Below, in pieces: positions 21,788 through 30,652 of a stretch of DNA of 64,000 nucleotides. How positions within the stretch are numbered: the stretch's first letter is position 1; each line of letters opens with the position of its first letter. The notes beneath the pieces were generated by a model, which made no database searches, was not told the DNA's origin, and saw nothing but the letters and a program-made list of their open reading frames with translations. Source of the stretch: Rhodobiaceae bacterium (GTDB lineage: Bacteria; Pseudomonadota; Alphaproteobacteria; Rhizobiales; Tepidamorphaceae); the NCBI GenBank assembly GCA_020637985.1, contig JACKJK010000007.1:99112-163111 (forward strand), in the 5' to 3' direction. The position numbers and the translations under genes were made by a program.

Positions 21788-24232
21788 ATGTCGGACGACA
21801 TCCAGACAAGCGGTGCGGCCATGCCTCCCGAGAACGCCTTTCCGGTGCTCCCGCTGCGCGACATCGTCGTCTTCCCGCACATGATCGTGCCGCTCTTCGT
21901 CGGCCGCGAGAAGTCTATCCGGGCGCTGGAAACGGTGATGCGGTCGGAAAAGCCGATCCTGCTCGCGACCCAGAAGAACGCCAGCGACGACGATCCGTCG
22001 CCTGACGCGATCTACGAGGTTGGCACGCTGGCCTCGGTGCTGCAGTTGCTGAAGCTGCCGGACGGCACCGTCAAGGTGCTGGTCGAGGGCAAGTCGCGCG
22101 CGCGTATTTCCCGCTACACCGAACAGGAAGCCTATTTCGAGGCGGAGGCCGAGACGCTGGACGAGCAGCCCGGCAAGCAGGTCGAGGTGGAGGCGCTGGC
22201 GCGCTCGGTGGTCGCCGAGTTCGACAACTACGTCAAGCTCAACAAGAAGGTGTCGCCGGAAGTCCTCGGCGCGGTGTCGCAGATCGAGGATCACGCCAAG
22301 CTCGCAGACACAGTCGCCTCGCATCTTGCCGTCAAGCTGCAGGACAAGCAGGCCATCCTCGAGATGACCAGCGTGCCGGAGCGGCTGGAACACGTGCTTG
22401 CTCTGATGGAGGGCGAGATTTCGGTGCTCAACGTCGAGAAGCGCATCCGTACCCGCGTCAAGCGGCAGATGGAGAAGACGCAGCGCGAGTACTACCTCAA
22501 CGAGCAGATGAAGGCGATCCAGAAGGAACTCGGCGACGACGAGGGCCGCGACGAGTTGTCGGAACTGGAAGAGCGCATCGAAAAGACGAAGCTCTCCAAG
22601 GAAGCGCGCGACAAGGCGCGCGCGGAGATGAAGAAGCTTCGCCAGATGAGCCCGATGTCGGCGGAAGCGACCGTGGTGCGCAACTACCTCGACTGGATGC
22701 TGTCGATCCCGTGGGGCAAGAAGTCGCGCGTCAAGAAGGACCTCGGCCTCGCCCAGGAGGTGCTCGATTCCGATCACTACGGGCTGGAGAAGGTCAAGGA
22801 GCGCATCGTCGAATACCTCGCGGTGCAGCAGCGCATGAACAAGCTGCGCGGGCCGATCCTGTGCCTGGTCGGGCCTCCCGGCGTCGGCAAGACGTCGCTC
22901 GGCAAGTCGATCGCCAAGGCGACGGGGCGCGAGTTCGTGCGCGTGTCTCTCGGCGGGGTGCGTGACGAGGCGGAAATCCGTGGCCACCGGCGCACCTATA
23001 TCGGCTCGATGCCCGGCAAGATCATCCAGTCGATGAAGAAGGCCAAGACGGCCAACCCGCTGTTCCTGCTCGACGAGATCGACAAGCTCGGGCAGGACTT
23101 CCGCGGCGATCCGTCGTCTGCGCTCCTCGAAGTGCTCGATCCAGAGCAGAACTCCACCTTCATGGACCACTACCTGGAGGTCGAGTACGACCTGTCGAAC
23201 GTGATGTTCGTGACGACCGCGAACACGCTGAACATCCCGCCGGCACTGCTCGACCGCATGGAGACGATCCGCATCGCCGGCTACACGGAAGACGAGAAGG
23301 TCGAGATCGCGCGTCGGCACCTGCTGCCACAGTCGATCAAGGAGCACGGGCTGCACTCCAAGGAGTTCGCCATTACCGAGGATGCGCTGCTGACGGTCAT
23401 TCGGCGCTACACTCGCGAGGCCGGCGTGCGCAACCTGAAGCGCGAACTCTCGACGCTGGCGCGCAAGTCGGTGAAGGAGATCCTGACCGACAAGAAGAAG
23501 TCGGTGAAGGTGACCGACAAGAAGCTCGAGGACTTCCTCGGCGTGCCGCGGTTCCGCTATGGCGAGGCGGAGCGCGAGGATCTCGTCGGCGTTGTCACCG
23601 GGCTTGCCTGGACGGAGGTGGGCGGCGAACTGCTGACCATCGAAGGTGTCATGATGCCCGGAAAGGGCAAGATGACGGTGACCGGCAACCTGCGCGACGT
23701 GATGAAGGAGTCGATCTCGGCTGCCGCGTCCTACGTGCGCAGCCGCTCCATCGACTTCGGCATCGAGCCGCCGCTGTTCGACAAGCGTGACATCCACGTC
23801 CACGTGCCCGAGGGCGCGACGCCCAAGGACGGCCCCTCGGCGGGCATCGCGATGGTCACCGCGATCGTCTCGGTGATGACCGGCATCCCGGTGCGCAGGG
23901 ATGTCGCGATGACCGGCGAGATCACGTTGCGTGGCCGCGTGCTGCCGATCGGCGGACTGAAGGAGAAGCTGCTGGCGGCGCTGCGCGGCGGGCTGAAGCG
24001 GGTGCTGATCCCCGAGGACAACGCCAAGGACCTGGCTGAGATCCCGGAGAACGTGAAGAACGGTCTGGAGATCATTCCCGTCGGGCGCATGGAGCAGGTG
24101 CTGGAGGCGGCGCTGGTGCGCATGCCCGAGTCGATTTCCTGGGATGAGAGTGCCCAGGCGAAGTCCGCGGAATCCGCCGAAAAAGGTGCTGCGGCGGGCG
24201 ACGAGGACGGGGCTGCTTCGCTCGCCCACTGA
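21788..24232 (+). CDS. lon: Lon protease
   Basis: [29 protein letters not shown] catalytic Ser, GGLKEK. Confidence 0.98.
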   Translation: MSDDIQTSGAAMPPENAFPVLPLRDIVVFPHMIVPLFVGREKSIRALETVMRSEKPILLATQKNASDDDPSPDAIYEVGTLASVLQLLKLPDGTVKVLVEGKSRARISRYTEQEAYFEAEAETLDEQPGKQVEVEALARSVVAEFDNYVKLNKKVSPEVLGAVSQIEDHAKLADTVASHLAVKLQDKQAILEMTSVPERLEHVLALMEGEISVLNVEKRIRTRVKRQMEKTQREYYLNEQMKAIQKELGDDEGRDELSELEERIEKTKLSKEARDKARAEMKKLRQMSPMSAEATVVRNYLDWMLSIPWGKKSRVKKDLGLAQEVLDSDHYGLEKVKERIVEYLAVQQRMNKLRGPILCLVGPPGVGKTSLGKSIAKATGREFVRVSLGGVRDEAEIRGHRRTYIGSMPGKIIQSMKKAKTANPLFLLDEIDKLGQDFRGDPSSALLEVLDPEQNSTFMDHYLEVEYDLSNVMFVTTANTLNIPPALLDRMETIRIAGYTEDEKVEIARRHLLPQSIKEHGLHSKEFAITEDALLTVIRRYTREAGVRNLKRELSTLARKSVKEILTDKKKSVKVTDKKLEDFLGVPRFRYGEAEREDLVGVVTGLAWTEVGGELLTIEGVMMPGKGKMTVTGNLRDVMKESISAAASYVRSRSIDFGIEPPLFDKRDIHVHVPEGATPKDGPSAGIAMVTAIVSVMTGIPVRRDVAMTGEITLRGRVLPIGGLKEKLLAALRGGLKRVLIPEDNAKDLAEIPENVKNGLEIIPVGRMEQVLEAALVRMPESISWDESAQAKSAESAEKGAAAGDEDGAASLAH

Positions 24233-24257
24233 GTCGGTACTGACGCTACGTTATGCG

Positions 24258-24290
24258 ACCCGCGGACCTCGGTCCGCGGGTTTTCTCTTT
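24258..24290 (+). terminator. Rho-independent terminator after lon
   Basis: ACCCGCGGAC-ctcg-GTCCGCGGGT followed by TTTCTCTTT. Confidence 0.8.
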
Positions 24291-24321
24291 AAATCAATGA
24301 GTTATTCGGTTTGCGGGAGCC

Positions 24322-24337
24322 TTAACCATTCGTTAAC
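24322..24337 (+). promoter_or_regulatory. CtrA-binding consensus upstream of the HU gene
   Basis: TTAA-ccattcg-TTAAC, a perfect TTAA-N7-TTAAC match in an intergenic region. Confidence 0.7.
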
Positions 24338-24446
24338 CATTTCAGGGACGTAATCGGCGCCGGCACCGAAAACCGTTGGAAACCATGGCTTTTCGCGCCT
24401 TTCGGGCCGGCAGTGGGCCGGTCTGCGCTGAACAAGGAACAACGCT

Positions 24447-24725
24447 ATGAACAAGCAGGAACTGATTTCCAAGGTCGCCGAGACGTCCGGCATGAAGAAG
24501 AACGAAGCCGCGAATGCCGTGGAAGCGATGATCGAGGCCATTGCGGCGTCGCTGAAGTCGGGCGACGATGTGAAGATCGCGGGCTTCGGTTCGTTCCAGG
24601 TCGCCGAGCGCGCCGCATCCGTGGGCCGCAACCCGCGCACCGGACAGCCGGTCAGCATTCCTGCCGCGAAGACGCCGAAGTTCAAGGCCGGCAAGGCGCT
24701 CAAGGACATGGTCAACGCCGCCTGA
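24447..24725 (+). CDS. hupB: DNA-binding protein HU
   Basis: MNKQELI, GFGSF, GRNPRTG, PKFKAGKALKD. Follows lon. Confidence 0.96.
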   Translation: MNKQELISKVAETSGMKKNEAANAVEAMIEAIAASLKSGDDVKIAGFGSFQVAERAASVGRNPRTGQPVSIPAAKTPKFKAGKALKDMVNAA

Positions 24726-24756
24726 CGCAGGCGACAGATTTCGTGGATCACGGGGG

Positions 24757-24792
24757 CCCGCGCGGCAGACGCCGCGCGGGTCTCTTCTTTTT
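24757..24792 (+). terminator. Rho-independent terminator after HU
   Basis: CCCGCGCGGC-agac-GCCGCGCGGG followed by a T-rich tail. Confidence 0.75.
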
Positions 24793-24852
24793 ACGGTGCG
24801 GGCAATCGGGCGCTTGCAGGGCAGGTGCCCAAGAGGCTAGTGAAAGCGCATC

Positions 24853-24928
24853 GGGCGGTTAGCTCAGTTGGTAGAGCGCCACGTTTACACCGTGGATGTC
24901 GGGAGTTCGAGCCTCTCACCGCCCACCA
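24853..24928 (+). tRNA. tRNA-Val(TAC), integration target
   Basis: 76-nt cloverleaf, anticodon arm CCACG-tt TAC ac-CGTGG, encoded CCA. Confidence 0.96.
24906..24928 (+). repeat. attL core (23 bp)
   Basis: TTCGAGCCTCTCACCGCCCACCA, identical to 32220-32242. Confidence 0.93.
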
Positions 24929-25032
24929 CCATTTCCGCTGTAGCATCAGCTACTTACTGAATTCTCTAGCGTTTTTCAAGGCCCATTGCTACAAAATGGG
25001 GCTACAGAATGCGCAGGGGAATTCGTTGGCGG

Positions 25033-26733
25033 ATGCCATATCTGTATCGGCACAAATCTGGAATCTGGTGGTATCGCAGGGGGACTCCCGGCGACATCAA
25101 GGCCAAGAAGCAAGAGTTGGCCGATCTGGGTATCGGCGTCACACGGGAATTTATTAGGTCCCTAGAGACCCGCGATGAACTGCTTGCTAAAGAGAAATCG
25201 TTGATGCTCAACGATGAGATTGAGGCGACTTGGCGAAGTTGGCGGGATGCACTTCGTGATGGGCCTCAGGCTTTGACCCATCGGGAAATCACGGCGCTTG
25301 CCGGTGCAGCCGCTTCCGCAATCCTATCCCGATATGAGGATGAGCCGAATCTCGCACCAAGGCCGCCTCAGGATTGGCTGAACTTCGCTTACTCGATGCT
25401 GCCACTTATAGCTCCACCTACGTTGGTTTATATGGGCGATCCGCTTGAAGGCTTCGCGGAAGAGATCAATGCGGTGCCGACTGGGGAACTGGCGCAGTTC
25501 ATTCGGAACGAAAAGCCAAGAGCCGCGCCGTGGCGAAAGGCTTGGCTAGAGGCTCTTGAGCGAGTGATGCATGCTCACTACCTCAGTCTAGGAACGCGAG
25601 AGGCCGATGCACTTCTTTCCGCCCGTATGCTTGTTGTCTCTACCGATGCCAGAGGACGTCTACAGGATGCAGCAGCGCGTTTCGTGGCGGAGGCTTACAA
25701 TACCCTAGGAGATCGCCTCGAAGGCCGCTATGGCCGCCCTGAGTGGCAGCAAGAGCTGCCTCAGGTGGACACCAAATCGAAACGTGATGCGGGACAGGAT
25801 GCACTTTGGACATTTTCCGGCATCATCGACGATCTAGAGGCTAGGGTTGAGAAGGGAGCGGCAAAGCGTCGCTCGCCCAGTACCTTCAAAAAGTACCGGC
25901 GCATTTGCAGAGAGTTTCGGCAATGGCGCAATAGCGACAATGCTGCGACCGTGACTCCCAATGAGGTCAGCGCGTGGGTCTTATATCTGGCCGAACAGTC
26001 CATTAAGAAGACCACGTTAGTGGACAAGGTCGAGGCCATTAGGTCGGTCATCGAGTGGGGAAGGAAGGCTAGCCATCGGACCCTGTTTCCAGATGGCAAT
26101 CCGGTAGACCATGTTGAGCTGCCAGAGAGGGAAGTGCGGGATAGCGCCAAGCGCACCTATACGCTGGAGCAGGCGCAAAGGGTTCTCCTTGCAGCCCGTC
26201 AGCAGAACCTGTCATACAGGCGCTGGATGCCGTGGGTTATGGCCTACTCTGGAATGCGGGTAGGTGAGGTGGTCCAACTTGAGGCGGAGGACCTAGTGGA
26301 GTTCCGGGGGCACTGGTTCCTGACTGTTCGGGATGACGGAGCAGCAAGGACAACTAAGACCTCAAAGGCACGGATCGTTCCGCTCCACCCCGATCTTGTA
26401 CGTGAGGGCTTTGTGGATTTCGTTCTGAGTGTTGGGGCAGGCCGCATATTCGATGGCACTAGGCACCAGCAGAACCTTGGCGAGTGGATTAGAGGGCAGG
26501 TGCTGACAGGGGAAAAGAGCACTCCGGCACCGAACCACGGCTTTCGGCATCTGCTTGATGATTTGCGTCTCGGCGTTATGGGTGACGATGCCTACGCAAT
26601 CATTTCAGGACGGGCACTGAAGACTAGTTCGGCGCTATACGGCAAGAGCCGTGAGATGTGGGTTAGACTCGCTGAGGAAATGAATAGGCTACCATCTCTG
26701 ATCGACGAGTTGGCACTGACACGGTCGGGGTAA
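25033..26733 (+). CDS. Tyrosine recombinase/integrase with DUF6538-like N-terminus
   Basis: N-terminal YLYRHKSGIWWYRRGTPGD. Catalytic motifs YSGMRVGE, TTKT, NHGFRH, ALYG. Adjacent to attL. Confidence 0.9.
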   Translation: MPYLYRHKSGIWWYRRGTPGDIKAKKQELADLGIGVTREFIRSLETRDELLAKEKSLMLNDEIEATWRSWRDALRDGPQALTHREITALAGAAASAILSRYEDEPNLAPRPPQDWLNFAYSMLPLIAPPTLVYMGDPLEGFAEEINAVPTGELAQFIRNEKPRAAPWRKAWLEALERVMHAHYLSLGTREADALLSARMLVVSTDARGRLQDAAARFVAEAYNTLGDRLEGRYGRPEWQQELPQVDTKSKRDAGQDALWTFSGIIDDLEARVEKGAAKRRSPSTFKKYRRICREFRQWRNSDNAATVTPNEVSAWVLYLAEQSIKKTTLVDKVEAIRSVIEWGRKASHRTLFPDGNPVDHVELPEREVRDSAKRTYTLEQAQRVLLAARQQNLSYRRWMPWVMAYSGMRVGEVVQLEAEDLVEFRGHWFLTVRDDGAARTTKTSKARIVPLHPDLVREGFVDFVLSVGAGRIFDGTRHQQNLGEWIRGQVLTGEKSTPAPNHGFRHLLDDLRLGVMGDDAYAIISGRALKTSSALYGKSREMWVRLAEEMNRLPSLIDELALTRSG

Positions 26734-26872
26734 GGCGTCTTCTGTGCGGAAGGTGGGGGTGCCTTGAAAAGCGCGAAGCAGTTGAAGAGCGACATGATAT
26801 ACGCCGGGGCATTGAGGGCTTAAGGGAAGGCTTGCAGGAGCGGTTGCGCGAGTAGGGCGGCCATAACAATGG

Positions 26873-27697
26873 CTAGCGGCTATTCGCAACCAACTCAGCA
26901 AGCTCCTCAAGGCCAACTATCCGCAGGCCGTATTTCTTTATTAGCCAAGAACGGTTCCCGGGCCCGAAAACGGACTTTGGATTGCTCCTACCTTGGTCCT
27001 CTGTGCATACTAAATCCATCTGGTAGCCAATACTGGCGGCCACAGCATCGCCGTCTGCCCATTCGGCAAAAGCACGGTCAATCTCTCTCTGTTCATCGTC
27101 CTCTGCTAGCGACAGATACTCGTAGTACGGGCGAGCCGGACCGCTAGCGCGGCCTTTGATCCGTTCGGCTATGGCATCGAGCTGTGCTTTACCCGCACCT
27201 CTGTTTTCGATTTCCCGGCATGCTGCCCCCATGGGGTCTAAAAGCGTGCCGTAGATGTCAGCTCTTTGCTCGGGGGTAAGAGGTATCCGCCAATCATCTC
27301 TGTCGATTTCTGGTGGGCGAGCGGTTGCGAGCCGCGATTGAGGGAGGAGAAGGAATCCAAGCGATATTGCCTCCTCAAGTGCATCTCGGAGAACGCCGGG
27401 TAGACCGGGATGGGCGGTGCTCCGACCACCAATAGTGACCCGAAACCCGACGGAGCCATCGTCGTTAACGCGCTCTTCGATCTTGATCGCATCTTCGGCC
27501 CTGGCTTCCAGATAGGAATACCTGCCACCACGGCGGATTGCTTCTAGCGTTGCAACTGTCTCGCTGATGAAACCCTTTATGGTTCCTGCCTTAAGCGCCG
27601 CGTTTAGAGCCAGTAGGGCGGCATGGTGCGGTGCCTTAGGGAACTGCTGAGGCCTAACCACCTGCTGCCAACAGTTGGTGTCGAAGAGAACCTTCAA
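26873..27697 (-). CDS. PIN-like domain protein (putative ribonuclease)
   Basis: Probable TTG start after GAGG gives MKVLFDTN. Also SETVATLE and EWADGDAVAASIGYQMDLVCTED, matching the PIN acidic pattern. Confidence 0.6.
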   Translation of the reverse strand: MKVLFDTNCWQQVVRPQQFPKAPHHAALLALNAALKAGTIKGFISETVATLEAIRRGGRYSYLEARAEDAIKIEERVNDDGSVGFRVTIGGRSTAHPGLPGVLRDALEEAISLGFLLLPQSRLATARPPEIDRDDWRIPLTPEQRADIYGTLLDPMGAACREIENRGAGKAQLDAIAERIKGRASGPARPYYEYLSLAEDDEQREIDRAFAEWADGDAVAASIGYQMDLVCTEDQGRSNPKSVFGPGNRSWLIKKYGLRIVGLEELAELVANSR

Positions 27698-27744
27698 TCT
27701 ATTCAGCCTCGAAATCTCTAGCTTTGCACGCTGAAAATCCCACT

Positions 27745-28095
27745 TTATGGGACATCGGTTGCGGATCGACACACACGGATCGTTTCATGCAGCGAGGGAT
27801 ATTTTTCCAACAACATCCTCGTTCGCTCGAAATCCAATGCGTCAAACATCGGCGGGTCAGGCGTCCATGTTATCGCCAAGCGAAGCCCCATGCATGCTGT
27901 GTGGATAGCGGCCTGTCTTTCCCAGATCAAATAACCGAACAGCGCCAATATTAATGCAAGGATAATTCCGCAGCGGCGACGGACGTCTCGCATCAATAAG
28001 GCTTTACCGGGCGAAGAATATAACGAGCCCATAAGCGAAATTGCGAGCAACCCGCCACCAGCCACTGCGAATGTGAGTACAGTGCTTGGGTTCAT
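27745..28095 (-). CDS. Hypothetical membrane protein (2 TM, ~116 aa)
   Basis: Hydrophobic stretches VLTFAVAGGGLLAISLMGSLY and GIILALILALFGYLIW flanking a basic loop (RDVRRR). Start chosen at MNPST. Confidence 0.55.
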   Translation of the reverse strand: MNPSTVLTFAVAGGGLLAISLMGSLYSSPGKALLMRDVRRRCGIILALILALFGYLIWERQAAIHTACMGLRLAITWTPDPPMFDALDFERTRMLLEKYPSLHETIRVCRSATDVP

Positions 28096-28160
28096 AGATT
28101 TTCTCGCTTGTGAGCAGATTCGTGCATGAGATATCCGACACCCGAGGTACTCAATAACCG

Positions 28161-28766
28161 CTATTGTTTTGCAAGTCTCGCCAGAGTGCTGCGAGATGCT
28201 CCCGTTGCGTCGATTATTTCCCGCCAACTATCCCCTCGTTTCAGCATTTTCACAATTGCCGCATTACGCTTCTTATCGGCAGGACGCCCCCGATACTTCC
28301 CCGCCGCCTTTGCCCGTTTAATGCCCTCAGCCTGTCGCCTAAGTCGATCCTCATAGTCCTTCCGCGCGATAGCCGCGAGCATGTCGAGAAGCATCCCATT
28401 GACGGCCTCCAGCATCCGCGCGGTGAAACCATCTTCACCAGCGCTAGCCATGCCCCAAGAGGTCGGTAAGTCCAGTGCGACTATCCGCACCTTGCGCCCC
28501 TTGATCTTCTCCTTGAGCTTCTCCCAGTCGTCCTCCTTAAGGCGGCTCAGGCGATCTATCTGCTCGGTGAGGAGAATGTCGCCTTCTGCGCAGTCGGATA
28601 GCAGTCGAAATAGCTCGGGGCGCTTCAGTGACGCCCCGCTCTCGTTCTCCGCGTAAAAGGCTGCGATCTTCAGGCCGCGCTCATGGGCGAAGCTCTCAAG
28701 TCGCTCTCGGGCGCGACCAGCATCTTGCTCTTCTGTGGAGGCGCGAAGGTAGGCACGAACGAACAT
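28161..28766 (-). CDS. Serine recombinase (resolvase/invertase family)
   Basis: VRAYLRASTEEQD (catalytic Ser), ESGASLKRPEL, EQIDRLSR, GKYRGRP, C-terminal HTH. GGAG RBS. Confidence 0.93.
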   Translation of the reverse strand: MFVRAYLRASTEEQDAGRARERLESFAHERGLKIAAFYAENESGASLKRPELFRLLSDCAEGDILLTEQIDRLSRLKEDDWEKLKEKIKGRKVRIVALDLPTSWGMASAGEDGFTARMLEAVNGMLLDMLAAIARKDYEDRLRRQAEGIKRAKAAGKYRGRPADKKRNAAIVKMLKRGDSWREIIDATGASRSTLARLAKQ

Positions 28767-28778
28767 AGCGGAACTCCT

Positions 28779-28885
28779 ATAGTTCGTTTTATATGGTTCT
28801 CTATATATCAGTTCAATTAGAGTAGTGTCAATATTTCGGATGAACTCTCTAAGGAGGCCTCACGGATGGTTCGCCAGAACCATAC
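28779..28885. promoter_or_regulatory. Putative res site / resolvase promoter region
   Basis: AT-rich stretch directly upstream of the resolvase with repeated GTTC half-sites in both orientations, and palindrome ATGGTTC-gcca-GAACCAT (28866-28883). Confidence 0.5.
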
Positions 28886-28959
28886 CTTATTGACGGCCAT
28901 AGACCGCGCAGGTTTCCGGCTGCATTCTAGGTTTCACTCAATGGCTGAGGTGGAAGCGG

Positions 28960-29124
28960 ATGAGCGAAGAAGCGGAAATCAGAGAGCACGTTGAGGCGGC
29001 GTTGAAGCTGGTAGAACAGGATGCCGATCGGCTAGGAATGATCGGCTTTCATCTCTCTTGCATCCTCGTGGAACTCGAAGACCTCACTTCCCTAGCGGCA
29101 CCCGGACAGGTAGAAATCTCATGA
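28960..29124 (+). CDS. Small hypothetical protein (54 aa); not in the ORF track
   Basis: MSEEAEIREHVEAALKLVEQDADRLGMIGFHLSCILVELEDLTSLAAPGQVEIS*. GAGGTG RBS; ATGA overlap with the next ORF. Confidence 0.5.
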   Translation: MSEEAEIREHVEAALKLVEQDADRLGMIGFHLSCILVELEDLTSLAAPGQVEIS

Positions 29125-29723
29125 ACTCCGCGTCCAATGTGGACCCGGTAGTTTATATCTCCCCGCCTGCCACGGGGGGAAACGCAACCGCTGACATCTA
29201 CGTTGAGTGTCTCGCGCGACTGGGCCTAATTTTCCAACCGGGAATCCTCGCGGGAGCCTTGGCGGCCCTACTGCTCGTCCCGTGGAGCATAGGTTCCTCG
29301 CTATCCCAGCAGGCGGTCGCCGTTGTGAGTGGCATTGCGGGAGTGCGGGACGGCGATGGTATCCTCTTTTGAGACGCGGAGGTGAGGCTTCAGGGGATCG
29401 CCGCTCCTGAAGACCGCCGCGACAAAAGAGAACCCGGAGGACCAGAATCCTCTGCCAGTCTGCGCCGACTTGTTACTGGCCGGTTTGTTATCTGCCACCG
29501 TGATGGCACCTCAACGAGGGGGCGCCCGGTCGGAGTGTGCTACCAAGACGGGCAAGACTTAGGGCGATTTCAAGTTGAATCGGGGCAGGCCTATAGTGGA
29601 TTGCGGTCAATGAAATATTATGAAGTAAAGCAGCGACGCCTCTTGCTGGAAGCCAAAACGGTATCGCTTTGGGCCGAGCCTCTTAGAGTACCAGCCTACG
29701 CCTCCTGTCGCTTTCCTCGCTAG
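29121..29723 (+). pseudogene. Thermonuclease (SNase-like) gene interrupted by an in-frame TGA at 29370-29372
   Basis: Track ORFs 29058..29372 and 29382..29723 share one frame. TM segment, then GVRDGDGILF*DAEVRLQGIAAPE...RGRPVGVC...GQDLG...VESGQA. Confidence 0.7.
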
Positions 29724-29831
29724 ATCATTGAGCTGCGCGCGATGTGAATCGTCAGGCACATCGAGGTCAATCCTGTGCCACATCAGCCCATCAGATTCTC
29801 GTACCGATGTTGTCTGGTAGCCACTGCTCAT
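29607..29831 (-). CDS. Small hypothetical protein (74 aa), phage-like
   Basis: GGAGG 7 nt before the ATG. MSSGYQ...WHRIDLDV...GWYSKRLGPKRYRFGFQQEASLLYFIIFH. Confidence 0.55.
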   Translation of the reverse strand: MSSGYQTTSVRESDGLMWHRIDLDVPDDSHRAQLNDLARKATGGVGWYSKRLGPKRYRFGFQQEASLLYFIIFH

Positions 29832-30490
29832 AGAAGTTCCTCCGGGAGCGATCTGCGGAATGCTTCGTTGCAACGGCTTTGACTATCCCATCACCATCCC
29901 TTTACCCGCCGGGGAACTCCTCATGACCTCCTAGCGACCGTTCCGGCGGTGCGGACGCCTGCACGCAAAGACCACAGCCATTCCTTGTGTCCATCGCGGC
30001 GGATACCTCACGGACATCTCGACGGTGCGGAGCATGTGCTTGCGGTACGGGTGACCGGCCCCGGAGCGGAAGTCGCGTGGTCTGTACGGTATGTGCCCAA
30101 TCACATTGAACACGGACTGAGGAGCCTCCCCTGAGGGCATCTCTTCAGGATCGCTCATTGATCCGATGTGACGCGTGAGGGGCCTTCCCGAGACGCCCCC
30201 AATGCCCTCCCAATGACTGCCCGGCTTGATGACCCTCCAAGTTCCTCCAGGTCTTCCATCATGACCTCCACACGGGGCACCGAGCGATGGAAGGTGTGGT
30301 CACTAGGCCGGGGCCTTAAGTGGGTCCATGAGGTCTGTCCTTGAGATGGATGGGTTGCTTCGCTCCTCCTCCCCATCCTTCCTCTTGGTGACCGGGGCAC
30401 CGCAGCGCCTCCCTCAAAGCCCCTAGAGGCGGGGAGGATGGTGGTCTCCCCAGCCTCTTTGAGGAGGAAGGCTCAGGTAGACCCTTAGAG

Positions 30491-30652
30491 AGGGAGCCTT
30501 GAGGCCCCCTGTTCATATACGGTGGGACCGCTCCTAGCTGCGCCGCCGAGACCCGCCGCCCCTCGGCGCTTCCCGCGATGCAATCTCGCTTTGTTGCCCC
30601 TTTACGAGGAGCCGTGGCGTAGGGAGCCTTGAGGCCCCCCTTGTTCTTATAC
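30491..30652. repeat. Imperfect ~30-bp direct repeat, two copies 130 bp apart
   Basis: 30491 AGGGAGCCTTGAGGCCCCC-TGTTCATATAC and 30621 AGGGAGCCTTGAGGCCCCC-CTTGTTCTTATAC. First 19 bp identical. Confidence 0.85.

Noticed and set aside
21626-24229. Long antisense ORFs (also 5507..7165, 8876..10447, 13343..15124, 48499..51183, 61414..63960)
   Set aside because: Shadow ORFs opposite conserved genes, expected from high-GC codon bias. They carry no motifs.
30240-30290. Minus-strand PCGGHD sequence as a remnant of a primase zinc ribbon
   Set aside because: Needs a frameshift to obtain CxxC, and no further primase/helicase motifs follow.
30491-30652. Possible CRISPR array or retron msr-msd
   Set aside because: Only two repeat copies with ~100 bp between them, and no cas or reverse transcriptase gene in the window.
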